The translations under genes were made by a program, and so were the position numbers. Source: an uncultured euryarchaeote (GTDB lineage Archaea > Thermoplasmatota > Poseidoniia > Poseidoniales > Poseidoniaceae). From it: a stretch of DNA of 64,000 nucleotides. Below, piece after piece: positions 20,799 to 30,701 of this stretch. Under the pieces are notes generated by a model. The model ran no database searches and was not told the DNA's origin. It was given only the letters and a program-made list of their open reading frames with translations. Every line of letters begins with the position of its first letter. Position 1 is the first letter of the stretch. The stretch spans positions 9,611-73,610 of the forward strand of contig CAXFAS010000007.1 in assembly GCA_964001175.1 (NCBI GenBank), given 5' to 3'.

Positions 20799-20849
20799 CC
20801 CCTACTAATCCACTTTACTCAAGTAAGTTTTCACCTAATGTTTGGAATA

Positions 20850-21884
20850 TCACCGATCATTTGATGCTCTACCCTTTCTAAAATAACCCATTAAAAGCCC
20901 TAAAGAAAAGCTAGCATGCAAGGACACCAAGGATAATGGTAGTCCGAAAATTAGTGAAAATTTTTGCCATTTAATCGAAAAGGAAATTCCCTCTAATAAC
21001 AATACAAAACCATACATCGCTAAAGGGATATACCAAAATGGCTGTCCAAAAATGATTAAGCCAAAGGTCATCAGAAGACCTAACCATGGCAGAAATTCCC
21101 TCTTACTTGTCCTAGTACTGTGTTTTTTGATTATTTTTGTTCGCCAAAATCCATAACGATATCCCATCTTCAACCAACTAATGTAACTAGAACGCTTAAC
21201 CATATTGACACATGTTTGATCAGTTCGATATAATTCAAAACCCTCTTTGATAAGTCTCATTGATAAATCGCTATCTTGACTAGTGATAAATTCACTATCC
21301 CAGCCACCAACTGAATCAATTGCTTTCCGAGAATGCATACAAAATGCAGGTACTTTTGTTGTTGAAGTACCTGAAAAATTATCAAATTGTCCAGAACCAC
21401 TTCCTAGCTTAGATGACAATGCAGATTCAATCCATGTTTCCACCATATTCTTATTCTCAGAACTTGGCAAGACCTTGACACCCAAAGCAGCAATTTTTTC
21501 ATTAGAATTTTTGGTTAAATCATTCCATACCTCGAGTCTTTTTTCAAGATGATTTTCAGGTATAGTGCAATGACCGATTAGTTCAATCATTAATGAAATA
21601 CTGCTTGGCAATTCTTTTAGAGCAATGTTTCGAGCCTCGGCGACATATCTACCAGGATTGTCTAAAAGAATAATTTCAGGGCCATCAGCTTCTTTTGACT
21701 TCCCAATATAGGAATTTACAATTTGGATAGTGTTATCGGTTGAACCACCATCTAAAATCATAATAATGTGTTTGGAAGAATCGAGTGATTGATTAATTAA
21801 AGAATTTAAGCAAGATGCAATGTGTTTTTCTTCATTTAAAATGGGAATTACAGAGGCTAAAATCGGCTGTTTACCCCCTACCAT
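20850..21884 (-). CDS. family 2 glycosyltransferase with C-terminal TM helices
   Basis: ASVIPILNEEKHIASCLNSLINQ ... IIMILDGGSTDNT (GT-A fold with a DxD-type motif), plus 3-4 hydrophobic helices at the C-terminus. Confidence 0.8.
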   Translation of the reverse strand: MVGGKQPILASVIPILNEEKHIASCLNSLINQSLDSSKHIIMILDGGSTDNTIQIVNSYIGKSKEADGPEIILLDNPGRYVAEARNIALKELPSSISLMIELIGHCTIPENHLEKRLEVWNDLTKNSNEKIAALGVKVLPSSENKNMVETWIESALSSKLGSGSGQFDNFSGTSTTKVPAFCMHSRKAIDSVGGWDSEFITSQDSDLSMRLIKEGFELYRTDQTCVNMVKRSSYISWLKMGYRYGFWRTKIIKKHSTRTSKREFLPWLGLLMTFGLIIFGQPFWYIPLAMYGFVLLLEGISFSIKWQKFSLIFGLPLSLVSLHASFSLGLLMGYFRKGRASNDR

Positions 21885-21954
21885 GACCTTAGAACTGAAT
21901 ATTGGATTTGATACTTCGCATAAAATTTAGTAAAAAAGACAGATTCAAGAATGG

Positions 21955-22488
21955 ATGTTACTACGCCGAAACATGACTGGCCCAATGTTGAAGCTTAACG
22001 GCAGAGATGAAGGGATTACAGTTAGCCTCGAAACTAAATTATCGGGTGCAGATTTACCAGAAAAAGTCCTTACAAGTATAACTAATCTTTTTCCTAATTT
22101 CCCAATAGATGATGATTTATTAAATCCGGAACTAGGAAATGCAAAAGATCAGTTAATTCATTCATCAAACCTTGCTATTGATATTTTCTTACAACAACTT
22201 CACAAGCAGAAAATTCTAGATACTGCACTTGATTCTATGAGTCTTAATCTAGATTCGGAAGAATGCTATTTCTATATTTCTAGACAAGCGGCACTTTCTG
22301 GAAAAGTCTCGTTTATCATACCTGGTGAATTTCCACTTGGAGGAACTATCAAAATTACCTTGCGAGGTAGTAATCTGAAAGACTGGATTGAAGCGGCAAC
22401 TTGGCATAGTGGTCGAGATAGTATGCCACGTTCAATTAATGATGAAAGGTCAATGAGCAAATCTGGAGAGGCAAGTACTTGGATCTAA
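21955..22488 (+). CDS. hypothetical protein; possibly a UPF0201/COG1931-like RNA-binding protein
   Basis: ITVSLETKLSGADLPEKVLTSITNLFPNF resembles the N-terminal strand-helix of the UPF0201 family. Recognition is weak and the start is uncertain. Confidence 0.6.
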   Translation: MLLRRNMTGPMLKLNGRDEGITVSLETKLSGADLPEKVLTSITNLFPNFPIDDDLLNPELGNAKDQLIHSSNLAIDIFLQQLHKQKILDTALDSMSLNLDSEECYFYISRQAALSGKVSFIIPGEFPLGGTIKITLRGSNLKDWIEAATWHSGRDSMPRSINDERSMSKSGEASTWI

Positions 22489-23498
22489 ATCAACTTAGAA
22501 ACCACTTTTGCAACTTCCTCATCACTCCCTACATATGGACCAACTTCAGAATAATTGCGAACCCATTTGATTCGGTCATGTGAAGTCCATTTTTCTTTGT
22601 TCTGAAAGTCAGGTAACTCTCCATCAAACTTGCATCTTTGAACATTCAATTCAATATCACAGTCATCTCCAAAGTGAAACCAATTCCCCAAGTGTTCAAC
22701 ACTCACAACATCCCAGTCAAATTCCTCTTTTAATTCCCTTACAATTGCCTGAGAAGCATTTTCTCTAAAATTAAGTTTACCACCCGGGAACTCCCAATGC
22801 CCACTATGTGATTTGTCATTCCTTCTAGCAACCAACATCATGGAATCATGAATAATAACACCTGCCGCAACCTCCATGACAGGCTTAAATGAGATTCTGC
22901 CCATGAGTTCTGAAAGTAGAATTCTGCAACTGTCAAGAGTGATATTATCATAACTTGGCAAATGTAAAAACAAACATGGAATTCTAGAATTAGTTGCTTT
23001 ATTGGCAAGGGCTTGTAAAGTATAGAAATATGTTTCATTACAAATGTAATTTCCTGCATCTGTGGACAACTCAAATACTTGGTCAGCCGACTTTGAAAAG
23101 ATAATTTCATGTTTTACTGTTGTCTTTTGATCTATTTCACCAATCTTAGTATCTTTCTCTAATCTTCCTAAGTTATCAGGAATTTTCATATCCAATATAT
23201 TACTTGCCACCAGTTCGACTCTGGGTATAAGGCAAGATTCACATAATCCTAAATGGATTATTGCATCCCAAGATTCTCCTGAGTCAATCCTTTTTGAGAT
23301 TCTATTGGAACCATTAAAATCCACAGTTAAAATTTCTTTTTCGAGTTCGATTTCTTGGCTTTCTAGATTATAAGATCTATATTCCTTCCAAGGGTCGTCA
23401 ATCAAAATTTTTTCTGGAAGCGCTAAAATCAAGTCTTGTGATATGTTACTAGAATGGTTAGAAAAGACTTCAAATCCTGTGACTAAAATTCTTCTCAT
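22485..23498 (-). CDS. fusion protein: pyroglutamyl peptidase I-like (C15) N-terminal domain + NUDIX hydrolase (MutT-like) C-terminal domain
   Basis: N-terminal half: MRRILVTGFEVF, IPRVELVASN (Glu), AGNYICNETYFY (Cys) and CLFLHLP (His) in Pcp order. C-terminal half: a full NUDIX box GGKLNFRENASQAIVRELKEEF (Gx5Ex7REx2EE). Confidence 0.75.
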   Translation of the reverse strand: MRRILVTGFEVFSNHSSNISQDLILALPEKILIDDPWKEYRSYNLESQEIELEKEILTVDFNGSNRISKRIDSGESWDAIIHLGLCESCLIPRVELVASNILDMKIPDNLGRLEKDTKIGEIDQKTTVKHEIIFSKSADQVFELSTDAGNYICNETYFYTLQALANKATNSRIPCLFLHLPSYDNITLDSCRILLSELMGRISFKPVMEVAAGVIIHDSMMLVARRNDKSHSGHWEFPGGKLNFRENASQAIVRELKEEFDWDVVSVEHLGNWFHFGDDCDIELNVQRCKFDGELPDFQNKEKWTSHDRIKWVRNYSEVGPYVGSDEEVAKVVSKLI

Positions 23499-23576
23499 GA
23501 GATTATACTAAATGAACAAGTTATTGATATTCATGTATGCAAAAAGGGGTTATCTTGACAAACTGAAACCCAAAGC

Positions 23577-23933
23577 GTGTATCCGGGCGGTTTAATGTCA
23601 ACGGTTGATTCTCAGTTTGTTTCACCTAATTTGCCCTCCAAATCTAAACCAGGGATTTTATCAGTTGTAAAACAAATTTGGAAAGAAATGACTCTTGGAG
23701 TGGGCTTTTGGGGCGCACTAAGGCCTATTTTTGCTGCACTTCTGGCAGCGATTCCATTCTTGTTCCTAGGCCAACACTTCAATAAAAAGCATAGAAAGGC
23801 CACAGATTGGACATTACTACAAATCCCATTAGCACTAACTGTTATTCTTTGGTTTGCATTATGGTTTTTTTCAATATTTGATGCATGGAGAGATGGAACA
23901 AAACTAGTATCAGAAAATAGTTTGAATAATTAA
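23577..23933 (+). CDS. small membrane protein (2-3 TM)
   Basis: 118 aa from a GTG start (ATG alternative at 23595). Hydrophobic helices ALRPIFAALLAAIPFLFL and LQIPLALTVILWFALWFFSIF. Confidence 0.6.
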   Translation: MYPGGLMSTVDSQFVSPNLPSKSKPGILSVVKQIWKEMTLGVGFWGALRPIFAALLAAIPFLFLGQHFNKKHRKATDWTLLQIPLALTVILWFALWFFSIFDAWRDGTKLVSENSLNN

Positions 23934-24778
23934 GGTAACCAAAGTTGTTTTTCGACTTCAATTGTTCCCGCTTCCAAACCTGCTAAGTCATCCAAATCAT
24001 CTTGATCAAATTCGTCTGGTAATTGTCCGGTAATTATACTCGAAATATCACTTGATTCTACTGCCCAGTACATTACTGAATCTTCATTATTTGAGTGACC
24101 TGGATGGTCAGGGTCTTCATGATCAACGGGAGATTGATAGACTAAATTCACCAAACCCAAAAGATGTCCAAATTCATGGACTAAAACACAATTTTCAATT
24201 TCTTCTGATGAAGGTCTATTGAATATTGGACCCTCGGCTTCATCTACCGTCTCTCCAAAAATTGCAATTGTAGATGCATCTACTGCAACACCTAATACTC
24301 CGTCGTTTTCATATTCACCTGAAGGAAATATTGCCTGCCAGTAAAGTGTGGAACCAGATTGGGGGTCATTTGACTTTGCATCCGAGCCCTTATCTCTTAC
24401 ATCATCTGCAGACCACGAACCACTATGTTGAAAATCGGTTTCAGTCAATAAAATCTCAATGCCACCAGGTTTGTCACAAACCTGTTCCATTCTTTCCTTC
24501 AATAAATCTGTAGAACTAGTTTCAGGCTCGTATCCAGGTTCGAAGTCAATCTCTAATATCATAGAAGTGTACTTTTGAGAACTTAAACATGCCATCGTAA
24601 GACTTCCCGGAATTCCAGTACCCAAATATTCATCATCAGAGAAGCTGAAATCTAAATCATCACCAAAACAACCTGAAAGTCCAGAGAAAAGCATTAACAT
24701 GACCAGTAGAGATGCTACTCCTAAATTCCGTCCCATATTATCACCCATACCTTCGATTATTACAAAGTTGACTACCAC
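23930..24778 (-). CDS. secreted or lipid-anchored zinc metallopeptidase (HEXXH zincin, metzincin-like)
   Basis: LLVMLMLFSGLSGC lipobox-like signal. HEFGHLLGL zinc motif followed by a His-rich stretch (DHEDPDHPGHS) and a Met-turn-like SVMY. The track start is GTG 24778, with ATG alternatives at 24748 and 24736. Confidence 0.75.
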   Translation of the reverse strand: MVVNFVIIEGMGDNMGRNLGVASLLVMLMLFSGLSGCFGDDLDFSFSDDEYLGTGIPGSLTMACLSSQKYTSMILEIDFEPGYEPETSSTDLLKERMEQVCDKPGGIEILLTETDFQHSGSWSADDVRDKGSDAKSNDPQSGSTLYWQAIFPSGEYENDGVLGVAVDASTIAIFGETVDEAEGPIFNRPSSEEIENCVLVHEFGHLLGLVNLVYQSPVDHEDPDHPGHSNNEDSVMYWAVESSDISSIITGQLPDEFDQDDLDDLAGLEAGTIEVEKQLWLP

Positions 24779-25230
24779 TCCTCTGGCATAACCAATGGAG
24801 AAAATAACTGCCCGGGAGATGTTGCAGCAGCCAACTGACTTCTAGCAAGATGCTCCCACATCCTGAGAGCAAGTAATGCTTCAGATAAGTCCAGTTCTGT
24901 CTCGATTAAGGTTACTCTTATCAATGTAGCAAGAATATCCATGCGATCATTGTCAACAATCGATAGAATCTTATCTAATTCCATTGTAATTTGAGAATTT
25001 GTGTCATTATCCATATTTAATTCCCATGGACTTGTGACCTTGTCAGGAAAAAGGACACCGGACTCTGATGAATATTCATTCAATGATTTCATCAGTTGCT
25101 TAATGTGGTTGCCTATAACCATACTTGTTTCAATAAGTGGCATTTGAAGTTGCTTAATCAGATTTACCATACGCTCTTGTAAGGTAACTAAAGCATCAAC
25201 TGATTGACTCTCTTCATTCATAGATTTCAC
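24772..25230 (-). CDS. small acidic helical cytosolic hypothetical protein, start abutting the stop of the upstream giant gene
   Basis: 152 aa with no TM or signal peptide. Its ATG at 25230 lies directly next to the stop of the 1808-codon gene (25231-25233). Confidence 0.65.
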   Translation of the reverse strand: MKSMNEESQSVDALVTLQERMVNLIKQLQMPLIETSMVIGNHIKQLMKSLNEYSSESGVLFPDKVTSPWELNMDNDTNSQITMELDKILSIVDNDRMDILATLIRVTLIETELDLSEALLALRMWEHLARSQLAAATSPGQLFSPLVMPEEW

Positions 25231-28200
25231 TCACTTAGTCAATGCTTCGATATATTTCCATCCAAAATGTTCCCACTGTTCCATGGTCCAACCGGCAGGA
25301 AGGCCAGTAGGTGGCAAAGGTGCAATATTTGGTTTATTATTTTCAGTAGTAAGCATCGATGCTTGAGGCATAGTTGTTGTTGTCGGAAGAGGAGCCATAA
25401 GTGAAGGATTTGGTAGCGCTTGAGGTATCATTTGAGTTGTTTGTTGAGTCTCGATTGAAGGGAATTGTTTAGTCTCAAATTCTTGTTGCTCAACTTCAAC
25501 AGTTTGATCAGCCGGGTCATCGGAAATTTGACTCTCCAATTTCATTCTTCTAGAAACTACCAACATCCACAAACCAAATGACAATGAAACCAGTGCAATC
25601 AAAAATAGAGTTACTCCAAATAGTTCATCTCCAGCTTGTTTAGCAAGAGCCTCGCCATCTCGAATCACTTCTTCCTTCACTAATAGAGGTTCGATAGTAA
25701 TGCGATCCATCTCTACATCCCCAAGGTATACTAGAATTCTAAACTCGATAGTACCGGAATCTGTATCTAAAACATTATAGTTCATAGAGGAGTAAAAAAT
25801 AGATTCAGGATTTACTATAATGGATAAATTGGAAACTTCAAACCAGTTATTTGACGAATCTAGACTTTCTAGAATAAACGTCACATTACCTTTTGAACCT
25901 TGATTCAATGCTTGAATATTTAATGATAATTCGTCACCAATATTTGGGCTTGGATCGCTCCACTTAATGAGAGTTTGATTATGAGAAAATTCAATATTGG
26001 GACCGATGAGTGCTAAATCCCAAGTACCAAACGGGTTAGTCGGTGAATTGATGTTGGAATCAAATGAATTACCTGCAGAATCTGAGCCAGTAAACCAAAT
26101 ATCTACTTGATAGGTTGGAAGAAGATTTGTAGCGCCAAAATCAGTGAAATCTATATCGCCAGTCCAGAAAAACTTTCCATCAAAGATTATGTAGGAATCA
26201 ATATTCATACTTCCTCTAGAAATTTCTGATTCACCAGCCCTTATCCTATAGTGAACAATAATTTCTGAAGAGCCAAAACCATAGTAATCGTATGTCTCAA
26301 CAAGTAAACTAGCTTGATTGAGTTTAGATATAGAAACTTCACCGCCACTAAGAACATTATCTAACTTCACACTGACTATTTCGGGACTCTCACTATCAAC
26401 TGCTAATCTTAACCTTGGTGTCTCTTCAGTTTCATCACTGGATAGTCCAGGCATATCCGACATTACAAGCGAAAAATCAAGATGGCCGGATGGTGAAGCA
26501 GGGACAAGGAAATCCATACTAAAGTAACCATCTTCACGTATTGAGGTTTGCCATTGATTGTCATAATCAATTATTTGAATATCAAAAATACCAGCAGGAG
26601 CAGGTGTTTCATCTTCAGAAAATAGAACACGCCCATCCAATCTCAACGCCTGTCCAACACCAATACTAGTTTCATCAAAATCTACATTATAATGATTCAT
26701 TCCATTCCGTAATTGTACAGCAGTGATATGGCCTGGCATGGTGTCAAATCTGAAGTCATTATCTAGACTCCAGGCATTACTAGATAAAACGAAGTTCTCA
26801 ACATTACAAGGCACTTCTAAATCTATTGAACATGATTTATCAGAAACTGATATTTGGGGCAAGAAAAATATCTCTCCATCAGTATCATAACTCTCAGGAA
26901 ATTGCCATGTCAGCTGAAATTTAATACTAAAAATTATCTTGGTTTGTTCAAGATTTCCAAATTCAAAACTGGAATAAATATTTGATACAGCAATAAATGG
27001 AGAACTGGATTCAACATGAATTTTTGGCTCTTCTTGGTCAGAATCAATTGTAACAAAAATAGAAGTTGATAAGTCGGATAATGAACCATCGAGGGAGATT
27101 TGTACACTTTGAATATCATCCCAGCCATTTCCATCAGTAATCGCAATTTGAGCCGTATATGGCACACCTGGATGCAATGGTTGTTCGTCACTATGTCCTA
27201 TTAATGAGGAGTTACTCGAATCAAATTCCGGAATGAATTCTTCTCTTATCACATATGTAGAGAGATCGTTTGACCAATCCGGAGTTGCCCCATTAGAAGT
27301 TCCATCGCAAGGAATAGTGCTCTGAGGACATACCGGGCCTCCACCCATTGCAATCAGATTATTCTGTCCATCACTTCCAGAAACATAGAATGAAACTTTC
27401 TGTCCATGAGTTAGCATTGAATCATCAATTAGACCTTGAAATACATTCATACCACCGGTTTTTATTTCCGGAGAGGAGAGAGTTTTTGTTTGATATTCAT
27501 CGTGATTAGGTAAGTTATCGAAATTATAATCATTGCATGCTGTATTAACTGTTGAACGACAACCAAGCCAATAGTGAAGCGTAACAAGTGTTGGGGGATC
27601 AACTGAATCTTGAATAGTTAAAGAAATTGGTTGACCCGCTGGAGCAGGTAATGATGCATGAAGTTCATCACCATTGTTTGGAGAAACAGAAATTACTAAA
27701 GGAGAATTACCATCAAGAATTAGTCTAATATTATTATAACTTGGATTGACAAATTCTGAACCATTGACCAAATTAACCGCTTGAACATAGAATACCATTC
27801 CACCAGGAGTTGACTCCATCGGGGTTTGGAATGTCAAATTATAGTTACCAAAGCCAGGATTTTGCGACTCTATTAAAATAACCTCATCTCCGACAGGTTG
27901 ACCGGAATTACTTACATTTTGACCAACAACTCTAAGCAAAAATTGACCTGGTAAAGGTGTTAGTTGAGAGCCTTCAAAATTTATCATTCCGGTAAAGGAA
28001 ATATTTGTACCTCCCCTTAACCATTCAAAATTTGTTAACTGTCTACCATTTTCATCAAATACATTCATGCCATTAAGTTGGATATCATTTTCAACTTTTA
28101 GATCCATAGAATCTGTTTGCCATGATGGAACTGCTATTCCAGTTTCATCCTCAACTGTAACTAATGCTTGCGTTGCTTGTTCATCATCCCAAAGCCATGT

Positions 28201-30657
28201 GGTTCTCATAGGCATTGAGATTTCTAAAATCCCATCACTACCGACAAAAGATGTACAATTATTAACATCAAATAATGCGATCATTTGACTATTTGTTGAA
28301 GAAGAACAAGAATCCCCAAATTCCCAAATAAAACTTGGATTATTCCCGTTTGAATTAATCAATTCTACAATGGTTTTAGTTACTCTTTCGACATCATCTC
28401 CTGCTGCAGCCTTGACTGTTAACATTCTTTTAATCCCATCAGGAACTGCTACATCACCGTCAAAATAAACACCAATTGCTCTAGTCTTCATATTATATTC
28501 AACATCCAAATCAGTGACTTTAATTCGACCAGGTGACTCAGCTTTGAATGATAAGAAAATTGTATCATCGCCTTCGCCGTTAGATGAAATCTCTTGATTA
28601 ATTGCAGAAACTAATGTTGGAGAGTTTAACACCTCAGTTCCAACAATAGAGGAATCACTGACAGAGATACTGGATTCATTTAGAAACTGTAATGACTCCC
28701 AATCCCAATCTCCAATTCCGTTAATATTAATCGATGGCATATCTGGATAACCTTCTTCATACCACAGTCTAAATAATTCAACAGATGGAGATAAATCTCT
28801 ACTTTGAGAATTCATAGTAATCTCGAATCTTAAGGAATTTCCTGCATTTAGAGATGGGAAACTTACCTCTTGATTATTTTGCGCAGTCAACCAATTAGTA
28901 CCATTATCATTGGAAACCCTTACTTCAACAGTTGTACCTAATGGGTTATTTTCAACCCATTCAGGTCTAACTTTTCCTACATTAGTCCCAGTTGGAAAGT
29001 AATCAGAAACCCAAGCCCCATTAGACGAATAGGATGTATAATAATCAATATTCACCCACCAAGAAACGGCTGAAGAACCAATCAATTGTGCCTTCCAGAT
29101 CAACTGATTTCCCGGATATGAAAAGTGAATTGTTGATAGCGAAGTAACTGATTCCCAATGGGTTCCATTGTCCGCAGATACCCAGTAATCAACTCTATCT
29201 CCAATTGTTGGCGCATCCCAATATGTCTCCATATTGACTGAAAGTACTGGTTTTGAAGTGTAAATGGTATCCCCATACCAAGTAGTTGTTCCAGGCGCTG
29301 GGATTGTTTCATAACTCCAACCTGTTCCATATTCTCGATAATTGAGAGTTACAGATGAGAATGAAGAATAACTACAATCAACAGTGATGAATCTCTTTCC
29401 GTCAAACTGTAATCCATATCCTAAAACATTAATCTGTTTTGTATTGGACTGGGGAACAAGTGTTTCAGAAGCACCAGAGATTTTCCAAGCCTCCAATACA
29501 TCCTTATTTTGACTTCCTGAACTACCTTTTTGACAACGCATAAAAAATGTAGACTCGCTAACTTCTAAACCTCTAACTTGTTGACCTGTTTTTCCACATT
29601 CATATGAGGAACCAGAAGATGAAAAATAAGTATAAATTGTCGATCCTCGAGTATATGAACCAGTCTGCATTTCATCAAATTCATAGGAAACTATCCGTCT
29701 TTGAGAATTATGTAAAACCCATACCACATCTCTTGATGCATCATATGCAATACCTGTATAATCATTATATTGAGGGGATATATCATAGGAATCTAAGCAA
29801 GTCCAAACATCGTCTTTGGATATATCAAATTCTAGGACTCTGTGATTAGCTGCTGGTGCAGAAGATGAATAGTGATAACGGTAAGTAGATAGTATTCCAA
29901 AAAGTCTCTCATCATCTGTTACTGTCCAATCCCTAAAGCCATAATATGAGTAATAACTAGAAGAAGGTTGTTGAGGCAATGTACAAGAGGCTTGTTCTAA
30001 AAGAATTGTTGATTCGACAGTTGCATTATTTGGATATAATCTCTTTACCACATTACTAAATTGCTTAGAAGACCATGTAGATAAAAATAACCAATCATGA
30101 TGTTTTAGTATCGCACCTTGGCTCTGAGCTATTAATGCGGATGATGATTTCTGAACTTGCATAGAAAACAAATTTTCACTAGCATTCGAGGTATGAGGTT
30201 GCCTTACCGAGAAGGTACCATTATCATACCAAGCATCAGATTCCTCACTAATATTTTCATCTAGAGAATGAGTGATGTAAGAATTATTGTTCTCAGTTGG
30301 AGAAAGTGTCAATGTATCACTTCTGGAATCTGTCATAGCAGCAGAACCTTCCATCCAATCACTTCTTGTCTCAACTAGTTCACTAGACCAACCAGTTGCT
30401 GATGCACCAGATAGAGTCATAGAAATATCACTAACTTCAGCACCCTTCGGTATTGAAATTTCAGCTCCATCATCTGTTCTACCATTTTGATAAAGAGCAA
30501 TATATTCAGTTGAACCATCGCTAAACTGATAGATGTGTCTTGAGACACTACTTGCTGATGCATCTTCAACAAACAAATCTGAAATAGGAGTCATTGGCGT
30601 AAAAGCCATCAAGAATGCAAGGAAGATTGCAATCCCAAAAGTTGAATTTTTACGCAT
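25231..30657 (-). CDS. giant surface protein (1808 aa): signal peptide, beta-rich ectodomain, C-terminal TM and Q/P/T-rich cytoplasmic tail ending in a Trp-rich motif
   Basis: MRKNSTFGIAIFLAFLMAFTPMTP signal peptide. TM segment LFGVTLFLIALVSLSFGLWMLVV. Tail ...EQQEFETKQ...LPAGWTMEQWEHFGWKYIEALTK. Uninterrupted 5.4 kb ORF. Confidence 0.85.
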   Translation of the reverse strand: MRKNSTFGIAIFLAFLMAFTPMTPISDLFVEDASASSVSRHIYQFSDGSTEYIALYQNGRTDDGAEISIPKGAEVSDISMTLSGASATGWSSELVETRSDWMEGSAAMTDSRSDTLTLSPTENNNSYITHSLDENISEESDAWYDNGTFSVRQPHTSNASENLFSMQVQKSSSALIAQSQGAILKHHDWLFLSTWSSKQFSNVVKRLYPNNATVESTILLEQASCTLPQQPSSSYYSYYGFRDWTVTDDERLFGILSTYRYHYSSSAPAANHRVLEFDISKDDVWTCLDSYDISPQYNDYTGIAYDASRDVVWVLHNSQRRIVSYEFDEMQTGSYTRGSTIYTYFSSSGSSYECGKTGQQVRGLEVSESTFFMRCQKGSSGSQNKDVLEAWKISGASETLVPQSNTKQINVLGYGLQFDGKRFITVDCSYSSFSSVTLNYREYGTGWSYETIPAPGTTTWYGDTIYTSKPVLSVNMETYWDAPTIGDRVDYWVSADNGTHWESVTSLSTIHFSYPGNQLIWKAQLIGSSAVSWWVNIDYYTSYSSNGAWVSDYFPTGTNVGKVRPEWVENNPLGTTVEVRVSNDNGTNWLTAQNNQEVSFPSLNAGNSLRFEITMNSQSRDLSPSVELFRLWYEEGYPDMPSININGIGDWDWESLQFLNESSISVSDSSIVGTEVLNSPTLVSAINQEISSNGEGDDTIFLSFKAESPGRIKVTDLDVEYNMKTRAIGVYFDGDVAVPDGIKRMLTVKAAAGDDVERVTKTIVELINSNGNNPSFIWEFGDSCSSSTNSQMIALFDVNNCTSFVGSDGILEISMPMRTTWLWDDEQATQALVTVEDETGIAVPSWQTDSMDLKVENDIQLNGMNVFDENGRQLTNFEWLRGGTNISFTGMINFEGSQLTPLPGQFLLRVVGQNVSNSGQPVGDEVILIESQNPGFGNYNLTFQTPMESTPGGMVFYVQAVNLVNGSEFVNPSYNNIRLILDGNSPLVISVSPNNGDELHASLPAPAGQPISLTIQDSVDPPTLVTLHYWLGCRSTVNTACNDYNFDNLPNHDEYQTKTLSSPEIKTGGMNVFQGLIDDSMLTHGQKVSFYVSGSDGQNNLIAMGGGPVCPQSTIPCDGTSNGATPDWSNDLSTYVIREEFIPEFDSSNSSLIGHSDEQPLHPGVPYTAQIAITDGNGWDDIQSVQISLDGSLSDLSTSIFVTIDSDQEEPKIHVESSSPFIAVSNIYSSFEFGNLEQTKIIFSIKFQLTWQFPESYDTDGEIFFLPQISVSDKSCSIDLEVPCNVENFVLSSNAWSLDNDFRFDTMPGHITAVQLRNGMNHYNVDFDETSIGVGQALRLDGRVLFSEDETPAPAGIFDIQIIDYDNQWQTSIREDGYFSMDFLVPASPSGHLDFSLVMSDMPGLSSDETEETPRLRLAVDSESPEIVSVKLDNVLSGGEVSISKLNQASLLVETYDYYGFGSSEIIVHYRIRAGESEISRGSMNIDSYIIFDGKFFWTGDIDFTDFGATNLLPTYQVDIWFTGSDSAGNSFDSNINSPTNPFGTWDLALIGPNIEFSHNQTLIKWSDPSPNIGDELSLNIQALNQGSKGNVTFILESLDSSNNWFEVSNLSIIVNPESIFYSSMNYNVLDTDSGTIEFRILVYLGDVEMDRITIEPLLVKEEVIRDGEALAKQAGDELFGVTLFLIALVSLSFGLWMLVVSRRMKLESQISDDPADQTVEVEQQEFETKQFPSIETQQTTQMIPQALPNPSLMAPLPTTTTMPQASMLTTENNKPNIAPLPPTGLPAGWTMEQWEHFGWKYIEALTK

Positions 30658-30701
30658 GTCAATTCACCTATTTTATGCAATAATATTAGTTGTATAATTA
30701 T

